This document shows, piece after piece, positions 36,606 to 51,350 of a DNA stretch of 64,000 nt. The stretch spans positions 16,616,001 to 16,680,000 of the forward strand of contig OZ059899.1 in assembly GCA_964057225.1 (NCBI GenBank). The letters are read 5' to 3'. The translations under genes were made by a program, and so were the position numbers. The DNA comes from Auanema rhodensis. Its lineage: Eukaryota; Animalia; Nematoda. The first letter of the stretch is position 1. Each line of letters starts with the position of its first letter. The notes under the pieces were generated by a model, which worked only from the letters and a program-made list of their open reading frames with translations, was not told the DNA's origin and ran no database searches.

Positions 36606-38925
36606 TACACACACATCTATCTCTTCATGTCCTCACCATTATTATTCATTTGTTGAAAGCCAGCAGCAGCCCCAAAAATTATATTTCAATTCTTATTTCC
36701 GTTGCCTGAGTTGATTCTTCTCGCTCGCATTCTTGCTCATCATCGGATTTCGCTTGCAATTCATCTTTTTTCTACAATTGTCCAATCATTTTTAAGTAAA
36801 TTGTAAGCTTGCAAAGCGTCGAAAATAAACAAATTATTCTGTCAACGTACTTTAAGCGTATTTTGGAAAAAAAAATTCTCTCCTTTTTTCCTCTTTCCTT
36901 CCCTCCTTCTTTCCTTCTTTCCTTCCCTCCCTCTTTCTCTTTTTCCCTCTTTCCATCTCTCCCTCTTTCCCTCTTTCCCTTATACCTCTGTTTCTTATCT
37001 CTTGATCTCTTCTCCTTTCTATCCATCCATCTATACATGCTAACTCTCTAACAATTTCACAAATTATTCACATTCATATTTCTATTAATAAATTCAGATT
37101 AAATCAATTTTGAAAAGGCTATTTGACTCTACTTTATTTCTCATAAAGCCATAACACTCTCATAATGAAATGCAAAGATATATGCAACTATTCAACTCAT
37201 ATAAACATCAGAAAATTGATTTTTGATAAGAGTATAGTTGTCTATATCTATAATAGAATTCGTTGAGCTTCTAATATAGTTTTCTATAGTTAAGAGTGCT
37301 AATGCTATTGTTGATGTTCCAACTCTATACTACTCCCACTCTGCACCCCCTTTTTCCAAAAATTCCAAAACAGTCCATTAATCAGGCTTTCTTGCACAAG
37401 CATGTTGTTGTCCTTGCATTATTAAGCTGGTAACTTCATTTTCTTGCTTCAAGCCAGATGAAATGAAATCAGAAGCATTGTAATGATGAGTGTGTGGATC
37501 GCAGGATGGGGAGCATGTAGCTCAGTAATGCTGAGCCATATTAAGGTTTTCTTCTACATAGCCAGATCTTTGATCTCCCAATTTCCGGTAGGAGAGCGAA
37601 CAAGGCAGAAGAGTGAGCTGCTTTCTCAATACCGCTAATTCTGTTCTGTTTTCCAGCATTTCCTATCTATGGAGATTCAGTCATATCTATATAGGATATG
37701 AAGTTTTACCTATTCTCATACGTTCACTTCATCTCTCAGCTCATACTGTATTCTCTTTGTATATATTTCCGATCTCTCTTCATAAATCTTATCAGATTTT
37801 AAAATCTTATCTTAGTTAGTTATTCGTGTTTCCAGTAAGATGATTGCTCACATCTGTCGCGACATGCTTTTAGCTTGCTATTGAAGCCTAGATTCTGATA
37901 GTTGGAGCCTACTCTCACGCCAGTGTAAGCACACACGTAAAAGTGAAACAAAGATAAAGATAACGTAGATATTAGAGAGACTAAGACTGATAGATATGGA
38001 AAAAGAAAAAAGAAGAGAGAAAGTGCGAGATAGATCATCCACATACCTACTTATTCTCTTGTAATCGTTTGTTAGCGTCATCAATTTCTTTAACTTCGAT
38101 TAGCTTGAAGCAAGAAGAACACAATAACTCAAAAACGGACAGCCTTTAGAGTCTTCTTGTTTGATTTTTTTAAACTTCTGCTCTCATTATACTCAAATAG
38201 TTTAACCTCATTACATATGAATGTTTAAAATTCCTTTATAAAGTTATTTAGTGGAGATTTTCCAGGAAGAATTAGTTAGTACTTTCTCGATCACATATCA
38301 ACTTGTTATTTTAAGATTTTCTACCTAATATTCGATACAGTTTTGGCTGTAATTCAGCAATAACTTTGAAAAGCTAATACTTTGCAACAATTGAATTTCA
38401 TCTTTTACAACCATTGGTTGATCTAAGCATTCCGCTTCCAGAGTCACATTTGGAAGAAACTTCAGCATGAGCTGAATTTAAAATTTAAAATTAAGATTTA
38501 ACAATGTTTTCAAAAAAAAGTTTGAAATTTGATCCAACGGATTCCAAGCAAAAAAAAACTTTTTCTTTTGGAAAACTATTAGTATGGGTAGTTTTATATT
38601 ACGTCTTTTTCATTTGAAGAAGAGAAAACCTCTTTCCCGTTCCTTTCTTCTGGCAGACATATAGATACACAACCTTTCACCGTTAATGCTATAATTTTTT
38701 TTTAATCGGAAATTGAAATCTCTTATTGGGCTATCATCGATTTCCTTTTTAATGTAGATCTTAATGCCAATACCGGATGTTAAGAGTCTTCCCACCCTCA
38801 CTCCATTAAGTTATTTGTGAATGAATAAGTCTTATTGATATATATAACGATGATAGTTGATAAGTTGATACTTCATATAGTCTAAGCGAAACAGAGCTTT
38901 CCTGGGCACATATAGAATGGACAGC

Positions 38926-39052
<127 letters not shown>

Positions 39053-40135
39053 AATGAGGAAGTCAGAGCAGAGAGGGTAGCAGAAACTCCAATGTGTTAA
39101 CTCATCGTTTGTATGAAATGAAGTATGTATTTATGTAGTCGCCACCTGCACTCCATATTAAGAATTCGAATTAACTTTTATTTCTCGTGTTGAGACCAAT
39201 TGAAAATGCTTTAAGCTCATAGTCCCCATGCTATTCCTTCTATTGCTCTATATCTTTGCTTCTCTTTCATATTCATATTGCTTTTTCTGCTTTAGCTTTA
39301 ATTATATAAATATTTACTTTTCAAATACTATTAGCCTTATATAATTATAATTACAATGATATAATTATATAAATAAATATATAAAAAAATATATATATAT
39401 AGCTCATGTTCTACACTCTAAGTATCATGTTATTCGAGATGAAGTCAGAATTTAAGCCTAAGCTCTTTATAACTCGGTTTTTATAATATTTCATTTATCT
39501 GAAGATCATTCGAGTTGTGTTTATCCTCATTTTCATTATTTTTGTCGTTTTTTCTCTCCATCACCTTGTATTACTATATTATTTCTATTCTCTCTTGCTA
39601 TTCTCTCTTGCGATTCTCTCTTACGATTCTCTCTTTCTGCTATCTCCGCCTCTATTCCCTTTTCTCTTATGAATTGTTTTTCTTTTCAATATCATTTATA
39701 TCAGAAAATTAACAATTTTCTTTCAAAACTTTACATTTTAAAAATTTATTTGTCTGAAATTATATGAAATTTATCTTTTTTTTTCTTTTTATCCGCAACA
39801 TTTTCATGACTTTGGCTCTTTTTCGATTATTTATGTTTAATTTCGCATATCTGCTTCTTAGAATAAATTAAAATTCAGCAAATATTGTTGTTAATATTCA
39901 CTTTTTGTCATTTTTTTGTACCCAGTATGCTCATCTTCAGCATATTGAGAACAGGATTTTGAATAATTGCTCATGAATGGCCTCAGCTTTTAGGTTTGAA
40001 CCTTAAAGTACTTTTAGAGAATTACTTCCTCTGGATCTTTATTGGTTCAAAAAATGTATAATGAATTAAATAAGAGAAGCGTTAAAAGATATAGAGAAAA
40101 CAGGAGGAAGGGATGTGAAAAGACAACGACAATAA

Positions 40136-40200
<65 letters not shown>

Positions 40201-40201
40201 G
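40136..40201. repeat. (AG)n / (AGAC) microsatellite
   Basis: Directly visible. Confidence 0.93.
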
Positions 40202-41322
40202 GTGAAGTATAATGAGAGATACTGATGGTGCAGGCTTCACCAAAGCCCAAGTGATTGAAAAAAACATCTTCGAACAAGCTAGTCATATGTAAAACTTGAT
40301 CAGAGAACAACGCGAAAGGATATTACCATGTCTATTTCAGACGATCACCTGCACTTCTACACGCACATAGCCATATACATAGATGTATTCAGTATATACC
40401 AATTTAATTAAATTCATAACTATTTAAATATATAAATATAGTTTTACATGATTTTCATGGGAGCATTGGAGCACATAATAGAAAAACTATTTCCTTTAGC
40501 ACCAGTTTTGATGAAATCAGCTTGGCTTTTATGATACTCACAAGTAAAAAAAGTAATTTTCATCTTATTCTGGATTTTGTGAACGTTCTTTCAACTACTT
40601 GTTGCATCTTTTGTTTCATATCATTTTTCAAAAAACTTTACTCACACACCCAGCCGACGATATTATGTATATATGTATCAATTGGCATCATTCCAGCTTT
40701 CTTCTCCTATCTTTAACACTCTTTAGATCAAGTTTTAGTTATTTATTATATCATTTTTATCAAATAATTTAATTCAAATAATTCAATCGTCTATGTCTAT
40801 ATTAATATTTTTATTTTCTTTATTTTCTTTGTTTGTTTGAATTCACTGGAGTTTTGCTCATGTTATATCTCATTTTGCTTTTGTTTTGAACGATATGACT
40901 TTTAGTCCTCATTGAAACCATATCGTAGAGTGGTTTAGAAATATGAATTTCACGTTACTTGTTCAAAGAATTCATACAACTAAGTGAATTTCTTTTAAAA
41001 ATTTTATGTTTTTGAATTATTATTATTATTCTTTTTATATATTTGTTTTAATTTATTTTATTTTTTCTTAACTCTTTTATTATCAAAAATATGTCATCTA
41101 ATACGTTCTTCCAGTAATTCATTAAATGAAGTTTTGTTCTCTCTCTATCTCTCTCTCTTTATCTCTCTCTCTCTCTCTCTCTTTCTCTCATATTTGTGTT
41201 TCTTTCTTTCTTTCTTAGTTTTTCATTTAATTTTCTTTTTAGTTATCATGAATTTTTTATAAATTATATTTAAAACAATATCAATCTTCTCAAACATTTC
41301 TAACTTATTCATTTTATAGACG

Positions 41323-41860
41323 ATGGCGCCTTCTGGTGGCAGTTCAATTTATGGGTCACCGCCATCATTAAGAGCTGGAGTAACATTTCCATTATTAAGA
41401 ATTATTTATCAGCTAATTGGACTTATATTCACATTATTTGTAATTATAATTATATTTTTAATCAGTCCTATATTTATAATTGCTCGTCTAGTTATATTAT
41501 GTAAGAAAATATCTCGGAGACGTCGTGATTCGGAAGAATTAACAAGGTATTTCCTTTTTTTTTCTAATAATAATTGAATAATTATAAGAAATATTTAGAT
41601 CTTGTTGTCACAATCTGCCTATTGCTGGCCGAGGACCAAATATTGGCATCGTCATCATCAATGATAACGATATGAGTCCAATGTTTTGCAACAGCTTAGT
41701 ATGTTTGCTAAGCTATATTCTGAAGATCTTAAATTAATAATTTTGCAGTTCAAGAATATTCCATCATTATCATATCGGCAGAATTTAAGAACTGCTCAAG
41801 CTGGTGATCCAAACGCAGTTTCTTTGTGTCGAATTTGGGATGGGTACGTTATCTATCAAC

Positions 41861-41920
<60 letters not shown>

Positions 41921-44564
41921 ATATCTATATCAGAAAAATAAAAAAAAAACAAATTCTGTGATAATAACAATCAATTTCACATTAGCTATACCGTCATAAG
42001 TTCGCACACGTAAGTCATTTACGTCACGCAAAATTGTATGCTAATTTTAGATTTCACGTGAAGTGTTATATTTGAATTTTGTTATTTTATTATGATTAGC
42101 CGGATAATAATGTTGCTTTCATATATATATATATTCGTTTTTTTTAAATTTTAATCATAATGAAATATGATTTTCAGTGAACGTGATCCATGGCGTGAAA
42201 GCGATTTGAAACAAATTCTGAATGACAGCTCATCCTTTGCATCAGACAGAACATCTATATGTTTATCAAGATCATTGGACTATTATCCTGTGGTTGGTAA
42301 AATAATTCCATTTTTACTTATTTTCGAATTATATAAATATATTTTATTTCTTTTCTTTAGCATTTACTACTCATCTCATCACCTACTGCTTCAAGAATTC
42401 GTTGTGTTCCCAACATTATAGGAATTATCGCTAATAATGAAAGAATGTTTGATGTAAGTTCTATTTCTTTAAAATTATCAATCAAACTATTCAGAAAATT
42501 AAAATATAAATTATAGATTGATCCAATACGTTCACTGAGAAATTTTACTAGTCAACGAACATCTTTTATTCGGGTTATTTTTTCATTCATCTACCAAGTA
42601 TGTATTAAGTTTTTAATTATTTCATATATATATATTGATTGTAGTTTTTCCAATTTTTAACTGAGGGCCCTTCATCTATATTAACCTTGTGTATTCGTGG
42701 ACGAAGTAGTTTATGGAAGCATCTGCAAGAAGATGAAGAACATATAATTCGGAAAAGGTTTGTCACAATACTATGAGGATCTGTTTCAAAGTGATTTGTT
42801 TGAAGGAAAACTTTCAAATCAACGTTTTTGAATCGTGAATCCTCAACAGTTTTAATGGAATCAGTGCCAGAAGATGTAGTTGTGCTTGGTTCCAAAGATG
42901 GCTCAGCATCATCTCATTTGCCTCGTCAAATTCGTGATGGTAAATACTTCTCTCATAACAAACTTTAATTTAAAATCAATTGTAGTTCCTCCATCAGCTC
43001 ATCGACATGATTGGTGTATGGTACCACAGATTGATCTAGTTGGGCGTGTTGAACGTCTTCTACGTGCTACTTCAGCAGAAATGTTCTTAACACTTGTAGC
43101 TGGTACTATACGATCCTATTGTCGTGAGCAAGTTAGTTTGCTTCTGGCTACCAAACATGCTCAACAATGTTGTAGGGAATAGCTCATCCACCGGATCTAG
43201 GTGTATTAATGCCTGTTAGAATGACGAAGACCGAAGACGAAAGTAAGAGTACCTTCAACTGTAACTCCATTCTATTTCCCATTATGCTTCCAACAAGTGT
43301 TGAAGGTAGGTCTACTTAGCATCAATCTACGAACTTACATTGTTTGAACTAATAACAGGTGCTATTCCACGACTATGGTCAATTCAAAAGAGGCTTTATG
43401 AAGGTTTAGGTGGCCATCTACCTTCAACAATCCGTTCAGCTTCTCTAATCGGTTTGTTGTTTTTCGAATTCGTAGGCTTCATGAAAATATAAACTTTTTC
43501 AGCAAATTCATGTCTACCTCAGCCAATTGCTACAGCCATGTTGAAGCCGTTATTCACTTCACACTCTATATATTTCGCTTTCTATCGTACATCTCATGTG
43601 AGTTTATATTTCATACTTTTCTCACTTCTCATGCTATTTCTAACGTTTCAGATAGGAAAATCTTTGGAACAAGTATTACTCTTTCCATCATTGAATGACA
43701 ACATAAAAGCTGCTTTCGTATTTGTACAATGTGGTTATGAAACAAGATTATGTGTCAGCTTATGTAAGAAAACATTTCCGGATGTCAATGCCGTATTACG
43801 AACATTTGAGGTAAATTAAATGATTTCATCTCTTTTTTTATACATTATTTATAATTTTTAATTATTATATTATATAATAAAAATATTTAAACATATATGT
43901 AATAGTTAATTATTTAGAAAGAAACTACCAACCTGTTAGAGCATTTATCTGGAAAGATATTATCACTACCTCAGACAACGATACTACCAGGCTCACGCTT
44001 CAATCAGAATGTTGACGAAGAAGGTGAAATGTTTGGATCTTCTTATTTACGCCAAAAGGTATAATGAATTTTCGTCTTTATTATACTTATATGTGTTTTT
44101 TTCAGACAGCTGAAATGCAATTAGAAGAAGATGCTGGAGATGATAAGTACAGTTTAGAGGAATTGCATGAGCTTTTGGCAACAGTTCAGTCGGAACTTGA
44201 TGGAATGCGAGCTAATCCACAGGTAAACTATAGTAATATCAGTTTGATTTTGAATATTTATAATATTTAAGGGTGACCGCAGTGAATATATTAGAAAATT
44301 GAATGACTTAGAACTACAAATGCAACGTTTTCACCAAATTATAACTAGTCGGTTAGGTGAAGAAAATATTCTAGATCAAACAGATGGTGAAGAAATTGTG
44401 GATAATATCCTGGCACCATATAAGGATGGACCAGGTATATATATGCTTCATACACAGACAAATCATTTTATATTTTAGAAAATTTGCATGCAAGACGATT
44501 TAGTCGTGAATTTAATCGAACAGAAGAACATAATATACGAAAATCATCTCGTTCGTCTATCTAA
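41323..44564 (+). CDS. WS/DGAT (wax ester synthase-like O-acyltransferase) fold protein with N-terminal TM segment and C-terminal coiled coil
   Basis: Spliced LVGRVERLLRATSAEMFLTLVAGTIRSYCREQGIAHPPDLGVLMPVR and LPTSVEGAIPRLW resemble the WS/DGAT C-terminal half; the frame stays open over ~16 exons. Confidence 0.7.
41863..41916. repeat. (TC)n microsatellite in an intron
   Basis: Directly visible. Confidence 0.95.
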
Positions 44565-47023
44565 GTTATATCTTATTATGTATATAAATATATATTAACT
44601 ATATATATATATATATATCTAAGTCAAGTTAAACTTTGACTAAAACTTAAAACTTTTTATTAATATCTTATTAGCTTACTTATTATTTTTTTTTTAAAAA
44701 ATAAACATGTGTGTATGTATAAGAGCATAAGTGTATCATTTGTTACTTAAAAGCTTTCAAAATGTTTTTTTTTCTCTAAATTCTCATTTTTCCATTTACA
44801 TGTATTTTACGGGTTTATTGTTTATCAATATTTACTTATACATATTTATTTCTTGTTTTCTTTTTTTATAAATAAAAAGTTTATTTAGGAAAATATTATT
44901 ATAATTATTGAAGTTTTTATTTTAGATATCATCATAAACATTGAAATTAAAAATTGAAAAAGGGAGTTTGAAGACAAAAAAAAAGTTTTTTTTGTGGTTT
45001 TGTTGGTAAGCGAATTTCAATCCAACAAAAGTTTTATGAGGCACTAGAAAATGACAATAAACATCTATCTATTGATGCTTCGTTCATCTCATCTTTGCCA
45101 CATTTAGTCAATAAAGTCCTCCTCCTTCTTTCTTTTTTCTTTAAATATGAAAAAATATATAAAAGAATAAAATTACATTAGTAACTTGTTTATATATTTT
45201 CATTTAACTATTCATTATATTCTACCAGTTTATTATATTATATCATAATAGTTAAACATAAAATTAATATTTAATTAAGCTTAATTGAGCCAAAAAATAT
45301 AAAAATTTTTCGCAAACCAGGAAGTGTTGCTGATCATCAAATTCGCTAGTCGTCCTCATACCATCTAAATAAAGTTTTCAAGCTTATTCTAATTCATTCC
45401 ATTTAAACTTTTTTTTTAAACAAAACTTTAAGTTCAGACACCTCATTCATATTTTCACGAAACTAGGTGTCATGCTGCTGCTATCTACCATCTTCATCAC
45501 TGACACTCCTTCCTTTTACTTCTTCAATATTCTTCTATTTTTCTTCATTTAAAATCGAATAGCTTTACTTCACCCTAATATCGAATAAGATGAGCAACGT
45601 GATGTTCTTTCTCAATGTTCCATCTATTATCCGATTATGCATTCTCTTCATTTCAATTCTTACCTTCTTTCCCATAAAACAAAGAAGCCGACGTTTTTAA
45701 GCGGCAGATGTGTCTTCACATCTGGAAAATCGCAACGACGTTGATGAGAAGAAGAAAAACTACTACGAGCAGAACGATGATCATCTGAATCATTATATTT
45801 TTACCTTTTATTTTGTTTTTTTTTCATAAATCTCTCTATATATATGAATATATTTGTCATCATTTATCTTTTTATATAAATTTAAATAAATTAATAATAC
45901 TAAACTTCATCATAAAATCTTATTTATGTAGATTTTAATATTCTGTTTTACATATAATATTATGGAATCTTCAATAAAATATGTTTTCTCAATACAAAAT
46001 TGTAGTTTAAAGTTAAAATTCTTATTTTAATTGTTTTAATCAGAAAAAGTGTTGTGTATTACTATTGTAATAACAGAGTTTTATTGAGAAATGAATTATC
46101 AACCATGTGCCTTCCTCTGATGATGAGCTCAGAGATAGTAACTCAAGCTCAATCTCTATAGTTCATTTTTCTTTTTTTTTCGTTCTCGAGCATTCCTCAG
46201 ATGAATAGCTCATATATCTGCTAAAGCTGTTAAGTCCAATTTCACCATAGTTCTGCTCTCTTTCATCTAAGGATAAAAGATTGTTTCTATTGAAGAAATT
46301 GAAATGATTAATGTTTCTGACACATCCATGTCTGTCTATCCTCATTCTCTTTTCTAATTCAAATGTTTTATTTAATCATTAACATAACAGATATTCTTTC
46401 TTTCTTTTTCATATCATTGATGAAAATTTCAAAAAGCAATGTACTATAGAAAAAAGTTTTCATTAAAGACTACACATAGAATTAAGTTTCTATTACAATG
46501 AAATTTTCTTTTTTTTAAATTTTGGTTGAATGGAAAAGCTATGAAACTCTTCTTCTTAATCACTTTTTTTATTTCTTATACTCTTCTTCAATTCACATAC
46601 ATACATATTGTTTCAAAAAATGAACAAAAATTATATTTACAAATACATTTCTTTGCAGTTTTCTTGTCCGCCCAACCAGCTGTTTTCAGAATTTTACAAC
46701 TCTTTTTTAAAAATATTTTAGAATACACTTTTACCTACTACCGTTTATATATATAAAACCTAAATATGGAATTCAAAGATTATAATTTGAGCCAAGCATT
46801 ATTCCTTAAACAGTTTATCTATAAGTATGATTCATCAGAACAAATATTCTCAATTCGTCTCCTCCCACCCACCTTACTCATGTTATAAACCTATGCTATG
46901 ATTACTCTTTCATCTTCTATTTCTATACTCTGACTACTGAAATCTTTTTGTTTTTTTCATTTTACATATCTTCTTTTTCAATTTTTAATTTTAATTTTAG
47001 GTGCTGTATGTTTCTTTATTTTC

Positions 47024-50000
47024 ATGTATTTGATAGTTATTAGTTGTTCATTTCTATTTCTTCAAATTACTTCTGCAGATGAGGTATTTCTAATTTTCCA
47101 AATAATCATTATCATCAATATGCTGCTTCTCATGAAACTATTCACGAGTTCCAAAATGATTAAAATAATTTTTTTTGTGTCAACAGATTCCACGTCTGTT
47201 CCTCATAATCTATAAGCATAAATCTTTTTCTTCCATTGTGACAAGAGCAACAGACGTCCCTATGAACAGCAAAAGTACACCAGTAACCAAAGAGGCTATG
47301 ACCTAAAGGCCGAAACTATAATCCCTTTTGCGATTGAAAACATCAATTTCTTAAATATGACTTAACTCTACATCATTCACCAGTAAAATATATATTAAAC
47401 AAAGTAAAAACATTAGAAAGAAGCAAGAAAAATAGAAAAAAAACTTATATATTCGAACAATATAGAGAACCATAACACTCATTTTTAAATTTCAGGTTTC
47501 ATTTTTAATGAAATTTGGCTACTTGCCAAACATTCCAAATGCTTTACTGTCAGCCGATGTTCAAGACTTAGCAATAAGGAAATTTCAAGTAAAGTTTTCA
47601 TCCATTATTTCAAAATTATAAACTTTGTTTTGAAGAAAGCGTATGGTTTGCCTATGACAGGTCACATTGATGATCAGACAAGAAATGCCATGAATGAGCC
47701 TAGATGCTCATTGCCAGATTTCGATAACAGGTAATGGTCAAAATAATTTTATAACTTATCTATTTGATAAATACGATTGAAAAATGATAAAACATAACAG
47801 AAAACTTGGAAATAAATCTAATTAGCATAATTGACTCAAAATTATTCATTTTTATTGTCTCAAACTTGTTGTGCGGTTGCATTTGAATATCCGCCAAAAT
47901 ATTCTTGGGAAAATAATCTTTTTTTTTGTTTTTATTAGTATAAGTTAATTAATTAATTAATATACATTTATATAATATACTTCAGAAAAAGAAAAAAACG
48001 AGGAAGCTTAATTGGTTATAAGAATCAAAAAATTACTTATGGGTATGTCTTTATTTGTTATTTATTTTTAAAGATTTATCAACAATCAACAACATATTAA
48101 AACTATTTAAAAGTTTTAAATGATGAAATACCTAGAATTTGAAATGCATTTCTAACCTTTCTTACTCTTTTTTTTATTTCTCTCCAGCGGACAGCTGTGG
48201 ATTGCATATGAAAAGACTATTTCTTCTGTCTATTACTATCTGAGATCGTCAGCTGCTTTGAGGCTGTTCGTCTTTTTCAATTTCGGCTCGTTCGATGTGA
48301 AAAATAAGAAAAATAAAGACGGTTTTATTGATATCTAAACTATTTTAATATATATATACAAATTTGTATATATATATATATATACTAACTATGCGAAAAG
48401 CCTGAAGAGGTTGGAGCAAATAGCTTTCTTCTTATAAATAATTTAAACCTCTTGCTTTTCTTCTACGAATTTTTAAGATTTTTTACTTTATAATTGTTCT
48501 TTCTTTTTTCTTTTTTTTTATTTTTTCCTGCTCATTATATTTTTTCTTCACTACGAGTTAAAAAAAATGGATGGGCGGGGACAAATCTATTCGAACTGTT
48601 GCTGAGGATCGGTTCGGTATATAAGCTATGATACATCTGGTAACCATTATACCAGAAGTAGCGGTTATCTGCTCTCTACTAGCCTGTGTTCTGCCAATTT
48701 TCCCGTTGTTTTCACTTCTGCTCTCCTATCTCTCCCCTTGCTCTATCTTGGTAGTAAGCACCGCCCCAACTGAAGTCACAACTGTTGCTTGTCGTAGAAC
48801 GGGATGGTCATCCTGTCCTCTTACTTCATCGACTCGCAGACGTAGGACTTCACTATTCCTCATTGTGTATATCTATGAATCATGAGCTATATTCGTATTT
48901 ATTGGTTTGTTTATTAAAGTATGCATGTACATAATCCAGCAAATATAATGTCTGCAACAAACAGTTCGAGGTGCCATCTCCGCTCACTCTGGCGGTTGTT
49001 AGTGTAAATTGCCATCACAACCTCCTAGAGTAAGTAGAGCTGTATCACTTCTCAATGTGAGTATGCAAGTTTTTCTTCTTCTTTTTTTCTTTTCTGCCTG
49101 ACACATATATCTTTAGACCGTTTTCCTTTGTTTTCTTTTGGTATATATTGATATAAATTGATTATCCAGAGAGAAAAAAACCTTTTCAACACATTTATAT
49201 TGAAATCTTTTGTCAAATAGTTTGTTGCTGGCAAATTGTGTTTCATTGGCTTCAACAAAACTATATGTGTAAAGCAAATCTGATCATCGCAAAATTATAT
49301 CGAGTGCATCTTATACTATTCTTTCTTCAGTACTGCTCTTTTAATGCTGTAATAGACTAGAGCTGGAATAGTTTACAACAAAAGATGAGAACTGAGCATA
49401 CTGGTGGTCTTAGAAAGACCAGCCATCGAATAGTTTTTAGCACAACGGAGTGAAAGAGAGCCTACGGTTATAGGTCACAAGACATCTGGGTTGTAGCTGT
49501 TGATGTGATTTCAGCTATGTCTGCCACTTTCTACCGATCTGTCTAGCATTTCAATGACCAAAGTTTTAATACTTTGTAATCCGTACAAAACATGTGTACA
49601 CGAGAATTAATATATGAAAGAGAAGAGAATATTCATATATTTAGATTTTCTCTCCTCGTTAAACTAGAATAAGCACATTGCTGAAATATATTTCTCAACT
49701 ATATTAAGAAAACGAGGAGATGACAATGACAAATATGATTTACATTAAAACAAAATAAACTGTGATGAAGAAAACAATGTCTTCATGATTTCAGAGTAAA
49801 ACGGTGGAGCCGTAGACTTAGTCAGCAAGAAGTTGAAATCGTACTACGTAAAGCATTTGATGTTTGGGAAAATGAGGCCGATTTAACTTTTTCAAAAGCC
49901 GAAAACCCCTTGATTACTGTGGATTTTGGGGTTCAAAGTGTTGATGTTCAGTAACCCTTTTTACCATATTGTAGATTCGCGATCACACATGTCCTTTTCA

Positions 50001-51350
50001 CTTTGATTCTACTGTTCTGGCACATGCTTTTATGCCAACAGATCCAGTCACAGATATTACAGGAGATGTACACTTCAATGAGGAATTTGTATGGACTACG
50101 GCTCAGCATAGCTCACAAAATGGTCGGAAAATGCAAATTATGAATTTTTAAGAAAGAAGCTCTTTAGGAGTTTCGCTTCTGTCTGTAGCAATCCATGAAA
50201 TTGGTCATGCAATTGGATTAACGCATAACACTGATGAGCCAGATAGCATCATGTCACCAAGAGATCAGCATAGAAAAACTAGAATTACAGAAAGGGATCG
50301 TTATTATCTTCAAAGACTTTATGGTAAATAAGAAGTTATAACTTTTATTTTCTAAATCTTTGTAATAAAGGTTCTCCAAAATCAAAATATTCTTCAAGTT
50401 CCGAAAATAAAGTTCATCCTACTGGTACTGTTGGACAAGATCGTGATAGAAATCACTATCACGTTGATACAATCAAACCCAATCCATGCAACACGAATAT
50501 CGATGCAATTGGCAGCTTAAGAGGAAATCTGATTATTTTTAAAGTAAATTAAAATAAATTAGATTATTGACTAATTTTGAGAATAACTTAGGATGAATGG
50601 ACTTGGGTCTTCACACGAGATGGTAGACTATTTCGTGAACCAGAACTTATAACTACCACTATTCCTCAACTTCCCTATCCAGTAGATGCAATTTTAGAAG
50701 TTGATGATGACCTTTGGGCTTTCGTAGGTATATATTCTGAATACTTATTATTACTAATCAATATCACTTAAGATGCTGAAATCTATGTACTTCATATGAC
50801 ACAACAAGGATTACGAATTAAACATGCTCCATATAAGTTGGCTTATTTTGGAGTAGATCCAAATATAAAACGAATTGATGTTGCTCATGAATGGTACTAT
50901 GATCCGTATGTTTTAAAATAGAATATAACTTATATATAATATATATTTGAAGATATCATTGGTTTTATATATGGAGTGGAGATCAATATTGGAAAATAAA
51001 TGTTCGTTCTAGACAAGTGGAAGCAACATATCCACGTAAAGTATTTAACGGATGGCCTAATGTACCTTATAAAGTTTCTTCAGCATTCACACACGAAGGA
51101 GGTATAACTCATCTTAAGCAGATTTGAATTGATTTCCTAATTTTCAGAATTACATTTCATCAAAGATCGTTTTGTGTACAAAATGAATTCCTCAGATTTT
51201 CGATTACCTATAGCTAAGCAGTATCCTATACCGATCTCTCATTTTTTTAAAAGTTGTCCAACTGAAGAAACAAATATCAAATCAAATCATCTATATAGAT
51301 GTATATTTAATTATTCATTAATTATTATAATATTTTTATTAAATTTATAA
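47024..51350 (+). CDS. Matrix metalloproteinase with hemopexin domain and hydrophobic C-terminus (ZMP-1-like, probably membrane/GPI-anchored)
   Basis: Signal peptide MYLIVISCSFLFLQITSA, FLMKFGYL, cysteine switch PRCSLPD, furin site RKKR, LAHAF, GDVHF, HEIGHAIGLTH, Met-turn SIM, hemopexin CNTNIDAI...YWK...YPR, tail SLIIIIFLLNL*. Confidence 0.93.
47210..48863 (-). CDS. Possible 80-aa single-TM protein interleaved antisense within the MMP introns
   Basis: Phase-compatible exons 48863-48825, 48229-48157, 47903-47866, 47302-47210; terminal exon VIASLVTGVLLLFIGTSVALVTMEEKDLCL*. Confidence 0.3.

Noticed and set aside
37505-37565. tRNA-like TAGCTCAG...CTGAGC hairpin
   Set aside because: No T-arm/B-box and no credible anticodon stem.
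39453-39463. TAAGCCTAAGC, matching the nematode telomere repeat or a telomerase-RNA template
   Set aside because: Under two repeat units, plausibly chance in 64 kb; no host intron or structure evident.
48186-48262. TGAGATCG seed resembling the miR-58/bantam family
   Set aside because: Stem is mismatched and the loop is ~34 nt; not a good pre-miRNA.
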